From Candidatus Omnitrophota bacterium (GTDB taxonomy: Bacteria; Omnitrophota; Gorgyraeia; Zapsychrales; JANLHA01), in contig OY759724.1 of NCBI GenBank assembly GCA_963662715.1, forward strand, positions 150,001-182,000: 32,000 nt of DNA, in the 5' to 3' direction. Made by a program: the position numbers and the translations under genes. Below the pieces are notes generated by a model. That model was not told the DNA's origin. It was given only the letters and a program-made list of their open reading frames with translations, and made no database searches. Shown one piece after another: positions 7,547-16,058 of the stretch. Positions within the stretch are counted from its first letter, which is position 1. The number at the start of each line of letters is the position of its first letter.

Positions 7547-10500
7547 TTATTCAACGTCTTTCTCTTCTTTATTCATGGCTTGTGCCGCTAAATGCTGATA
7601 AATGGCCCATCGTTTGTAAACGTCCTCCTGAGCCTCTTCAAGCAATTTTTTCGCCCGCTCCGGCATGCTCTTTGAGAGCATAACAAAACGGTTTTCTCTA
7701 TAAGCATAATCTTTCAGCGGGATTTTGGGGGCTGCGGAATCCATGACCAGAGGATTCTTCCCTTCCTTAACCAGATCCGGATTAAACCGGAACAAAGGCC
7801 AATATCCGGACTGGACAGCCATTTTCTGATTTTCGAAGCCTTTTTGCATATCAATGCCGTGGGCGATACAATGGCTGTAAGCAATAATCAAAGAGGGCCC
7901 GTCATACTTTTCCGCCTCGATAAATGATTTGACCGTATGTTCGTCTTTAGCCCCCAAAGCAACATTGGCGACATAAACCGAACCATAGGTCATGGCCATA
8001 CGGGCCAAGTCTTTTTTGGCAACAGGTTTGCCGGCCGCAGCGAATTTGGCCACCGCAGCGCGAGGCGTTGCTTTGGAAGCCTGTCCCCCCGTGTTCGAGT
8101 AGACTTCCGTATCCAGGACAAGAACATTAATATTACGGCCGGAGGCGAGAGCGTGGTCCAATCCTCCGTAACCGATATCATAGGCCCAGCCATCTCCACC
8201 AAGAATCCACACGCTCTTTTTGACCAATAAATCAGCCAAACTTAATAAATGCTTGGCTTCGTTTGTGTTCATGGTCCCCAGCTTCTTTTTCAGTTCCTCA
8301 ACGCGTTTTCTTTGGGCAAAGATAACCGCCTCTTCAGACTGTTCAGCCTCTAATAATTCCTTGACGAGAGCCGTGCCGATCTGGGCTTCCATTTTCTTTA
8401 ACAGTTCACGGGCAAATTCCGTGTGTTTATCTACGGTTAAACGAAACCCTAACCCAAACTCGGCATTATCCTCAAAAAGAGAGTTTGACCATGTCGGCCC
8501 CCGGCCTTCTTTATTGACAGTCCAGGGTGTCGTAGGCAGATTGCCGCCGTAAATGGAAGAACATCCTGTGGCATTGGCAATAATAGCGCGGTCGCCGAAC
8601 AGCTGGGACAGGAGCTTGACATAAGGTGTTTCACCGCACCCGCCGCAAGCCCCGGAGAATTCGAATAGAGGACGCAGGCTTTGCACCCCGCGGACCGAAC
8701 TTTGTTTAACTTTTGTCCGGTCGGTATCCGGGATTGAAAGGAAATATTCCCAGTTGTTCTTTTCCGGCTCCCTTAAAGGAGGCTGGGGCTGCATATTGAT
8801 AGCTTTCAACTTCGTCTCTTTTTTGTTTTTGGCCGGACAAATTTGCGTACAGACAGAACAGCCCGTACAATCTTCCGGCGCCACTTGGATTGTAAATTTC
8901 ATGCCAGAAAAATCGCGGTCTTTCGCATCGGCGGACTTAAACGTCTCCGGCGCTTTTTCTGCATATTGCGGATCATAAATCTTACTCCGGATAACCGCAT
9001 GCGGACAGACAAGAATACATTTCCCGCACTGGATACAAACGTCCGGGTCCCAGACAGGAATCTCCAAAGCGATATTCCGTTTTTCCCACTGCGTCGTTCC
9101 TGAAGGGAACGTCCCGTCAATCGGCATGGCGCTGACCGGCAATTGATCCCCCCGGGCCGCGATGATCTCTGCCGTAACCTTCTTCACAAAATCCGGGGCT
9201 TTATCAGACACCGGGGCTTTCAGCTCTATCTGACTGGTCGCGCTCGCAGGCACATCAACCTTATGCAAGTGGGCCAGGGTCTGATCGACAGCATTAAAGT
9301 TCATCTGGACGACATCTTCTCCTTTGCGTCCGTAGGTCTTTTTAATGGATTCTTTAATTTTCTCGATGGCCTCGTCTTTGGGCAGGACTCCGGAGATGGC
9401 AAAAAAGCAGGTCTGCATAATTGTATTGATACGCAGCCCCATCCCCGTATCTTTAGCCACCTGATACCCGTCTATGACATAAAACTGTATCTTTTTCTTA
9501 ATGATCTGTTCCTGAATGACTCTGGGGATATGCTCCCAGATCGCCTCCGGTCCGATAGTCGTATTCAGCAGGAAAACGCCGTTGTCCGCGATCTTTTCCA
9601 ACACATTGTATTTTTCCAGAAAGACAGCCTGATGACATCCCACAAAGTTCGCCTGAGAAATCAAATATGTCGCGCGGATGGGGTTCGGGCCAAAACGCAG
9701 GTGGGAAACGGTCATGGAGCCGGATTTCTTGGAATCGTAAACAAAATAGCCCTGGGCATAATTCGGCGTGTTCTCCCCGATAATTTTTATCGTGCTCTTG
9801 TTGGCGCCTACTGTTCCGTCGGCCCCGAGCCCGTAAAAAATGGCGCACACGCCCTCTTCGTCTTCAATCGAATAGTTTTCATCGTACTCAAGACTCGTGT
9901 GGGTGACATCATCATTGATGCCTATCGTGAAGTGGTTCTTGGGCTCTGCTTTAGTGCCGTTGTCCAAGACCCCTTTAACCATAGCCGGAGTAAATTCTTT
10001 CGACGACAATCCGTAACGGCCGCCCAAGACTTTCGGGAAAGCCTTAAACTTTTCAGCCCCGCATTCAAAAATAGTATTCACGACATCCTGATATAACGGT
10101 TCGCCGATGGATCCCGGTTCCTTGGTCCGGTCTAATGCGGTAATGACTTTGACTGTATCAGGAAGTGCCGCCAGCAGATGTTTCATCGAGAACGGACGGT
10201 ATAAACGGACTTTGATCAAGCCGACTTTCTGTCCCTGGGAGGCCAGTTTTTCAACGGCCATCTGACAGGTTTCCGCACCTGACCCCATAACAATGATGAC
10301 ATGCTCGGCATCCGGCGCCCCGTAATAGTCAAACAATTTATACGCCCGGCCCGTTGTCTTTGCAAACTGCTCCATCACTTTTTCAACGATAGCCGGACAT
10401 TTGTCATAATAAGGATTCACGGTCTCTCTGCCCTGGAAGAAAACATCCGGATTCTGTGCCGTACCTCTTATGCAGGGACGGTCCGGGGACAAACCTCTCT

Positions 10501-11113
10501 GGCGGTGGGCCAGGACCAGGTCATCATTAATTACCGCTTTAATATCTTCATCCGTTAGAAGTTCGATTTTAGAAACTTCGTGGGAGGAGCGGAACCCGTC
10601 AAAAAAGTGCAAAAACGGGACACGGGATTCCAATGTCGCGGCCTGGGCAATCAGGCCGAAATCCATAATTTCCTGTATACTGCCGGAAGCGATCATCGCA
10701 AAACCCGTTGAACGCGTGGCCATGACATCTGAATGGTCGCCGAAAATCGATAAAGCCTGGCAGGCGACAGAACGGGCTGCGACATGAAATACGGTTGCGG
10801 TGAGTTCTCCGGCAATTTTGTACATGTTTGGGATCATCAACAGCAATCCCTGAGACGCGGTGAACGTCGTAGTCAGGGCTCCGGTCTGCAAAGCCCCGTG
10901 AACCGCACCGGCGGCCCCTCCCTCGCTCTGCATCTCCTGAACAAGAGGGACCGTTCCCCAGATATTCGTCTTTCCCAAGGCAGCCCATTCATCCGACTTT
11001 TCCCCCATGGGAGAAGACGGTGTAATCGGATAAATAGCTATAACTTCATTCACTTTAAAAGCTGAATAAGCGGCAGCTTCATTCCCATCGATTGTCACTT
11101 GTTCTCTTTTCAT
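7547..11113 (-). CDS. nifJ: Pyruvate:ferredoxin (flavodoxin) oxidoreductase, single-polypeptide form
   Basis: 1188 aa. It has an internal 2x[4Fe-4S] domain (CIQCGKCILVCP, CTGCSVCTQICP), an extra Cys cluster GACGGCGETPY and the TPP motif GGDGWAYDIGYGGLDH. Length and domain order are typical of NifJ/Por. Confidence 0.97.
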   Translation of the reverse strand: MKREQVTIDGNEAAAYSAFKVNEVIAIYPITPSSPMGEKSDEWAALGKTNIWGTVPLVQEMQSEGGAAGAVHGALQTGALTTTFTASQGLLLMIPNMYKIAGELTATVFHVAARSVACQALSIFGDHSDVMATRSTGFAMIASGSIQEIMDFGLIAQAATLESRVPFLHFFDGFRSSHEVSKIELLTDEDIKAVINDDLVLAHRQRGLSPDRPCIRGTAQNPDVFFQGRETVNPYYDKCPAIVEKVMEQFAKTTGRAYKLFDYYGAPDAEHVIIVMGSGAETCQMAVEKLASQGQKVGLIKVRLYRPFSMKHLLAALPDTVKVITALDRTKEPGSIGEPLYQDVVNTIFECGAEKFKAFPKVLGGRYGLSSKEFTPAMVKGVLDNGTKAEPKNHFTIGINDDVTHTSLEYDENYSIEDEEGVCAIFYGLGADGTVGANKSTIKIIGENTPNYAQGYFVYDSKKSGSMTVSHLRFGPNPIRATYLISQANFVGCHQAVFLEKYNVLEKIADNGVFLLNTTIGPEAIWEHIPRVIQEQIIKKKIQFYVIDGYQVAKDTGMGLRINTIMQTCFFAISGVLPKDEAIEKIKESIKKTYGRKGEDVVQMNFNAVDQTLAHLHKVDVPASATSQIELKAPVSDKAPDFVKKVTAEIIAARGDQLPVSAMPIDGTFPSGTTQWEKRNIALEIPVWDPDVCIQCGKCILVCPHAVIRSKIYDPQYAEKAPETFKSADAKDRDFSGMKFTIQVAPEDCTGCSVCTQICPAKNKKETKLKAINMQPQPPLREPEKNNWEYFLSIPDTDRTKVKQSSVRGVQSLRPLFEFSGACGGCGETPYVKLLSQLFGDRAIIANATGCSSIYGGNLPTTPWTVNKEGRGPTWSNSLFEDNAEFGLGFRLTVDKHTEFARELLKKMEAQIGTALVKELLEAEQSEEAVIFAQRKRVEELKKKLGTMNTNEAKHLLSLADLLVKKSVWILGGDGWAYDIGYGGLDHALASGRNINVLVLDTEVYSNTGGQASKATPRAAVAKFAAAGKPVAKKDLARMAMTYGSVYVANVALGAKDEHTVKSFIEAEKYDGPSLIIAYSHCIAHGIDMQKGFENQKMAVQSGYWPLFRFNPDLVKEGKNPLVMDSAAPKIPLKDYAYRENRFVMLSKSMPERAKKLLEEAQEDVYKRWAIYQHLAAQAMNKEEKDVE

Positions 11114-11236
11114 TGTTGCCCTTTCCTTAGTTATTTATTAAAAAACAATTTCTCTTTCTATTTCTATAAAATAATGATTTGATGTCAATGTTAATATCAA
11201 CTCATCAGAAAAACAAGTCTTTTTTTTAGCCGGATA

Positions 11237-12595
11237 TTATAAAGGTAACGTCAAGGAAAAAGTCGACCCCAGACCTTCCTGGCTTTTGACCGAGACCTGG
11301 CCTTGATGCGCCTCCACCAGTTTCTTCACAATGGCCAGTCCCAGGCCGGAACTGAATTCTCCCTGCGTAGGCCGGACGGAAGTCTTCCCGAAAAAGCTGA
11401 ACAGCTTATGCCTTTCCTCGGCCGGGATACCCTGCCCCTCATCCACGACATCAACACACATCTGCCCGGGACATGTTTTCGCAGCCAAGATAATGTTCTT
11501 GCCCGGGAGGGAGAACTTAATGGCATTGCTTATAAGATTGTTAAGGACCTGGGTCATTCTGGCCGGATCCATTCTCACCCAAGGAAGATCGGGCTCCAGA
11601 TCCAGTTTCAGGCTTATATTCTTTGTTTGAGCCAACATACCGTTAAATTCGTAAATATGCGTGAGGAATTTTTCCATATCAACATCCTCTATTTTCAGAT
11701 CTATCCTCCCCGATTCAATCGTGCTCACATTCAGCAAATCATTGATAAGCTGCAGCATGGATTCACAGTAGGCGTTCATCCGCTGTACGGCATCACTTTG
11801 CGCATCGGTCAATGGTCCCAGCAAGCCGTCTTCCAAGAGGTCAATATTCCCCTTAATAACTGTCAGCGGGCTGCGCAAATCATGCGCGGCAATGCCCAAA
11901 AACCGGTTCTTTAAATCATCCAGTTCCAGGAGCCGCTGATACATTCTGCTTTTGTTGGTAATGACCGATAACTGCCCGGCAATCTGCTTGAACGTCTCTA
12001 CATGGAGATTCTGATAAGTATGGGTTTGCCGGCTGGAAAAAAATATAAATCCGACCGCCTTTCCCGAGGTGACCAAGGGGCAGGTCAGGCTGGACCGAAT
12101 CCCCTCTTTCAGAATCAGCCGGGTTGATTCCGATCCGGGACGATCACGCAGATATTCCTCTAAATCATTCAGTATCCGCGGCTGTCCGGTCAGGATGATG
12201 TCACTTAAACTGCTCCCGTCCAAAGGCGCTGAGTACCCTTTATTTAAATGCAACTGTTCAACCCCATCAAAACGAGCCCAGGAAGAACGGACGATTTTCT
12301 CACTTTCTTCAATTAATGCAAAACCGATGCGGTCATAAGGGATCAGGGAACGGAATTCGTCATAAACATACTGCAGGACATCTTCCAAAACAAAACCCGA
12401 ATTCACTTTCTCGGTCACCCGGAACAGTGTTTCCATCTGCCCTGTCCAGGACTGAACTTTTCCCCCTAAATCCTTCAATTCCCGGCTGAGCAGCGCCAGT
12501 TCATCATCGCCCTTGTCCTCCTGAATAACAGAAAACCTCCCTGCTTTAATTGCTCTGACAGCTTGAATCAGTTGTGCAATTCTAGACTCTGACAT
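11237..12595 (-). CDS. Soluble sensor histidine kinase (HAMP-like segment - GAF - HisKA - HATPase_c); no adjacent regulator
   Basis: 452 aa with no TM segment. It has a GAF-like core (YDRIGFALIEE...LTCPLVTSGKAVGFIFFSS), an H box AAHDLRSPL, an N box LNNLISNAIKF and G boxes DEGQGI / GLGLAIV. Confidence 0.85.
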   Translation of the reverse strand: MSESRIAQLIQAVRAIKAGRFSVIQEDKGDDELALLSRELKDLGGKVQSWTGQMETLFRVTEKVNSGFVLEDVLQYVYDEFRSLIPYDRIGFALIEESEKIVRSSWARFDGVEQLHLNKGYSAPLDGSSLSDIILTGQPRILNDLEEYLRDRPGSESTRLILKEGIRSSLTCPLVTSGKAVGFIFFSSRQTHTYQNLHVETFKQIAGQLSVITNKSRMYQRLLELDDLKNRFLGIAAHDLRSPLTVIKGNIDLLEDGLLGPLTDAQSDAVQRMNAYCESMLQLINDLLNVSTIESGRIDLKIEDVDMEKFLTHIYEFNGMLAQTKNISLKLDLEPDLPWVRMDPARMTQVLNNLISNAIKFSLPGKNIILAAKTCPGQMCVDVVDEGQGIPAEERHKLFSFFGKTSVRPTQGEFSSGLGLAIVKKLVEAHQGQVSVKSQEGLGSTFSLTLPL

Positions 12596-12649
12596 ACGGC
12601 CTGAAAGGATATTAAATATTCATTTAGATTATTTTTCTATTCAGCAGTC

Positions 12650-12662
12650 TTGAAGGCAGTTC
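12650..12662. repeat. Copy 1 of an exact 13-nt direct repeat, TTGAAGGCAGTTC
   Basis: Read directly. The identical 13-mer recurs 102 nt downstream in the same 214-bp intergenic region, upstream of the GAF kinase gene. Confidence 0.9.
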
Positions 12663-12751
12663 AAAAGAGGGAAAGAAACGGTTAAGAACTTAAGCAAACT
12701 GAATTACGATGCATTATAAATAGAAACATCCGCTCATACAAGGAAATATTT

Positions 12752-12764
12752 TTGAAGGCAGTTC
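12752..12764. repeat. Copy 2 of the exact 13-nt direct repeat, TTGAAGGCAGTTC
   Basis: Read directly; identical to 12650-12662. Confidence 0.9.
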
Positions 12765-12809
12765 CTCATCTAAAAAAACATCCCCCTTCTTTGATACATG
12801 ATCTATTTG

Positions 12810-14135
12810 TTACATATTTTTTAACAGTAAATTTTCCGGAGCCTTTTCAGCCTGGGTCCGGAAAAACTGCAAACATTGCTGAATCTTCTCTATTTCATGC
12901 GAATGAATGACCGGCATTTCATTGATGCCTTTGTCATCCAATATTTCATTGACCTTCATAACCGTCAGTGCATCAATATCAAAAGCCGGCTGATATCCTG
13001 TTTCCCGGCCTTCTTCCAGTTTAACTTCAGTCAAAACCCCGGCTTCCGTCAAGTCAAAAAGAATCTGCCGGAGCAGACGTATGGGAATTTCTATTTCTTT
13101 GACAATGGCCGCAGCGGTCCAGGGCTTCAGCGAAAGGTGAAAATTCTTGACACACATTTGCACGATCTTAAGCGCTAACGTGCGCTTCAGGGAATGACTC
13201 GCTTTAAGGCAGTCGGGTTCGAGTTCATAAGTTTCTACGTTCTGTTCTGCAAACGAAATTTCAGCGCCAAAAAGGACAATGATCCAGCTCGTCTGCAGCC
13301 AGACAAGGAATAAAGGCAAAGCGGCAAAACTTCCGTAAATAGCGCCATATTTGGCCACGCCGACCTGAAAGGCAATATACAGCCATTGAACAAGCTGGTA
13401 TATTGTTCCGCCGATAATGCCTCCGAACAAACCGGACTTAAACTGAACCCGGGTGTTGGGCATAAAGATATAAATGTAGGTAAAGAGCACCCAAATGACA
13501 CAATAGGGCAGCAAACTCAAAACAGAAAAAATAAGCGGGCTGAAAACCCCTAAGAAGGCAATTTTTTCGACAACGAGGGTGACCTGGCTCGTGACCAAGA
13601 CCGTAACGCTGCTGGACATGATAAGAAGCAGCGGACAAATGAGCATAATGGACAGATAGTCGCTGAATTTCCTGCCCCAGGTTCTTGCTTTCTGTATCCC
13701 CCAGATATCGTTAAAAGAACTTTCTATATTCCCCAGGACTTTGATGACCGTCCAAAAGAGAACAGCCACCCCCACGCCTGCGATGAGGCCGCCTTTGGTG
13801 GTCTCCAGCAATGACTGCGAAAAGCTGATAATACGTCCGACCACTTCTTCCTGTCCTGTCAGTTTTTCGTACAATTGCTTTTCCAGAAGTTTTTCTATCC
13901 CGAATCCTTTGGCAATACCAAAAGCCATGGCGACAAAAGGAACGATAGATAAAAGGGAATAAAATGTAAGGGCAGAAGCGCGCAACTGACACTTGTCTTC
14001 ATCAAATCCCCGAAGGGCCAAAAGCATAATTCGCAATTGTTTGATCCAGAAAGATTGCGTCTTCGGGAGTTTATGGACCTGGATCCGCCAGATATCGACT
14101 TTAAGAAAATGAATGAGTTGAGCTAATTTTGCCAT
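12810..14135 (-). CDS. YihY/BrkB family integral membrane protein with a C-terminal extension of about 130 aa (winged-helix-like)
   Basis: 441 aa. It has the YihY signature region RASALTFYSLLSIVPFVAM and about 6 TM helices. A soluble tail follows (AAAIVKEIEIPIRLLRQILFDLTEAGVLTEV). Confidence 0.8.
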   Translation of the reverse strand: MAKLAQLIHFLKVDIWRIQVHKLPKTQSFWIKQLRIMLLALRGFDEDKCQLRASALTFYSLLSIVPFVAMAFGIAKGFGIEKLLEKQLYEKLTGQEEVVGRIISFSQSLLETTKGGLIAGVGVAVLFWTVIKVLGNIESSFNDIWGIQKARTWGRKFSDYLSIMLICPLLLIMSSSVTVLVTSQVTLVVEKIAFLGVFSPLIFSVLSLLPYCVIWVLFTYIYIFMPNTRVQFKSGLFGGIIGGTIYQLVQWLYIAFQVGVAKYGAIYGSFAALPLFLVWLQTSWIIVLFGAEISFAEQNVETYELEPDCLKASHSLKRTLALKIVQMCVKNFHLSLKPWTAAAIVKEIEIPIRLLRQILFDLTEAGVLTEVKLEEGRETGYQPAFDIDALTVMKVNEILDDKGINEMPVIHSHEIEKIQQCLQFFRTQAEKAPENLLLKNM

Positions 14136-14356
14136 AAAGGGCTGACTCCTTTTTTATATTCCGGGGAAGACTTTTGATAAAGCCAAAAATAGGCCGATTC
14201 CTTAACTTTATTAGTTATCCACTTTTATGCTGTTTTATATTAGTATACTTCTTCTTTTCGTTCCAGTTATTTCTCAATGACACCTGCCCTTACGATAGCA
14301 CACGGATCGATTTAAAATAAAACCGGCAATTAAGTGGAATTAAATATTGTGTCCCC

Positions 14357-14392
14357 AAAATTATGGCTGTAAAATTATGCTGTTGCCAACAG
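14357..14392 (+). promoter_or_regulatory. Tandem near-repeat plus 13-bp palindrome upstream of the NosR-like gene; candidate operator
   Basis: AAAATTATGGCTGT (14357-14370) is followed directly by AAAATTATGCTGT (14371-14383). CTGTTG-c-CAACAG (14380-14392) lies about 35 nt upstream of the ATG at 14426. Function is not established. Confidence 0.3.
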
Positions 14393-14425
14393 TCACCGGA
14401 TCCTTAGACGCATATAAGTCATATC

Positions 14426-15790
14426 ATGAGATATAAAATCTTCAGCTTTATTTTTGCCTGTACTCTCCTGGCCGGCATGTTTTCCCGGATATCCGCCCCC
14501 CGCAGCCAGATGCCTCAAAACCTGCCGGAAGAAATCCGTTACTGCCGGGTCTTATTCCCCCGGGCGGAAGACGTCAATATCTCCGCAACAGAGCCTCCCC
14601 ACTTTGAAATCTATACGACAAAAAATAAAACAAAGACGCTCAGCGGTTACGCTTTCCGCACCACACAACTAGTTCCTGATATTCAAGGATATGCCGGCCC
14701 GATCGATCTGCTTGTCGGTATCGATTTGACGGGAACAATCCAGGGGATTTATCTTATCTCCCATCAGGAAACACCCGCCTATGCCAAAGACCGGGAATCC
14801 TTTCTGGAACAGTTTCTGCACCGAGGACCGGGAGATCCCCTGCGGCTTGGACAGGATATCGATGCCATAACTCAGGCCACGATTACAAGTTCCGCGATTA
14901 CCCGCAGCATCAAGGAAAGCCTGCAGATTATGGGCCGGGACGTTCTGTCCCAGAAACCGGTACATTCCGAAGAACAAACAACGGTGTTCCCTTGGGATCA
15001 GCTTGTTGTTCCGGCCATCCTTTTTCTTTTGGCCGGCTTAAGCCTTTTCCTCAAACGGCCTCAACTCCGCTGGCTGGCGCTTGTCGGCGGGTTTATCTAT
15101 CTGGGGGTGTGGAAGGGCACCATGGTGGCGGCCACACATGTGGCCAATATCGGACTCCTGAACTTCCCTGAATTTTCCGATTCCCCGTTATGGTATGCTC
15201 TCATGACGGCAACGATTGCGTCCGGCTTTATGTTGGGGATGCTTTACTGCGGAAGCATCTGCCCCTTTGCCGCGGCTCAGGAATTCTTATTTAAAATGGG
15301 ACAGAAACTTTTTAAATACAAACTGTGCCCTTCCGAAAAAATTGATGCAAGGGCCAAATATTTTAAATATCTTTTACTGCTGGGGCTCCTGGCCGTCAGC
15401 CTGGCCTGGGGGAATCCCGACATCGCTAATGTGGAAGTTTATGTAACTCTTTTTACCCGGCACGGGACAGCTTTAGCCTGGACATTGCTCGGTCTGATGA
15501 TGCTGACAGGGCTCTTTCAGTATCGTTTTTGGTGCAGATACTTCTGCCCCATAGGTGCGATGAACGGCCTTTGCTCTTCCTGGAGTCTGTTTAAAATTCA
15601 AATCAACGAAACATGCAATCTCTGCCGGCATTGCCGGGACATCTGCCCGACCCAAGCCATTCGTCAGTCAGAGACGCAAGATAAAATTTTTATCGACCAT
15701 CCCGAGTGCATCTTATGCCAGAAATGCCTCCTGGAATGCCCTCAGGGAGCCGTATCATTCACTTCGGCCAAACATGAAAAAAAACGATAA
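14426..15790 (+). CDS. NosR/NirI/NapH-like membrane flavo-iron-sulfur protein (FMN_bind domain, polytopic CxxxCP region, C-terminal 2x[4Fe-4S] ferredoxin)
   Basis: 454 aa. It has an N-terminal signal anchor and an FMN_bind-like domain with a DAITQATITSSAI site. About 5 TM helices carry CGSICPFAAAQE and CRYFCPIGAMNG. The C-terminus has CNLCRHCRDICP and CILCQKCLLECP. Confidence 0.8.
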   Translation: MRYKIFSFIFACTLLAGMFSRISAPRSQMPQNLPEEIRYCRVLFPRAEDVNISATEPPHFEIYTTKNKTKTLSGYAFRTTQLVPDIQGYAGPIDLLVGIDLTGTIQGIYLISHQETPAYAKDRESFLEQFLHRGPGDPLRLGQDIDAITQATITSSAITRSIKESLQIMGRDVLSQKPVHSEEQTTVFPWDQLVVPAILFLLAGLSLFLKRPQLRWLALVGGFIYLGVWKGTMVAATHVANIGLLNFPEFSDSPLWYALMTATIASGFMLGMLYCGSICPFAAAQEFLFKMGQKLFKYKLCPSEKIDARAKYFKYLLLLGLLAVSLAWGNPDIANVEVYVTLFTRHGTALAWTLLGLMMLTGLFQYRFWCRYFCPIGAMNGLCSSWSLFKIQINETCNLCRHCRDICPTQAIRQSETQDKIFIDHPECILCQKCLLECPQGAVSFTSAKHEKKR

Positions 15791-16049
15791 AATATTTTTA
15801 TTCCTCTTCTTGTCAGGCGGCGTCCTTTTGCTCAGCGTTATCCAGACAAATATACTCCATTCCGCAAAGCCTCAGACAGAACAAACAGTCAGTCAAGAAG
15901 CACCCCCTCCGGAAAAACAGCCGGACAACAGCAAGACAGGACAGGAAGAACCAGCGGAAGAAGAAAACCAGCACCAAAACGAACAACCACCAACGGATTC
16001 ATCCGGGCTCAAGCTGCATGAAGCCTTATACTGGAAACCGGGTGATTAA
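15774..16049 (+). CDS. 91-aa signal/anchor peptide with a Q/E/P-rich linker and a C-terminal HEALYWKPGD. It may be the detached N-terminal module of the downstream radical SAM enzyme.
   Basis: The N-terminus is MKKNDK followed by the hydrophobic stretch IFLFLFLSGGVLLLSVI, then a low-complexity acidic linker. The ORF overlaps the upstream gene by 17 nt. It is in the same frame as the radical SAM ORF, separated from it only by TAA plus 9 nt. Confidence 0.5.
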   Translation: MKKNDKIFLFLFLSGGVLLLSVIQTNILHSAKPQTEQTVSQEAPPPEKQPDNSKTGQEEPAEEENQHQNEQPPTDSSGLKLHEALYWKPGD

Positions 16050-16058
16050 AAACAGATT

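Noticed and set aside
9143-10096. 317-aa plus-strand ORF inside the PFOR gene
   Set aside because: It is antisense to a confidently identified 1188-aa gene. The translation is low-complexity and Arg/Leu/Phe-rich with no recognisable motifs. This is a typical shadow ORF.
11303-11914. 203-aa plus-strand ORF (and other nested ORFs) inside the GAF histidine kinase gene
   Set aside because: It is antisense to a gene with clear H/N/G boxes. Its composition is typical of antisense translation.
12810-14135. Calling the YihY-like protein ribonuclease BN
   Set aside because: To my knowledge, the historical RNase BN label for YihY family proteins is a misannotation. The sequence is a polytopic membrane protein with no nuclease motifs.
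16047-16049. In-frame stop as selenocysteine or pyrrolysine recoding, or an alternative genetic code
   Set aside because: The codon is TAA, not TGA or TAG. All other genes in the window terminate normally with standard stops, and long ORFs are intact under code 11. A code change is therefore not supported.
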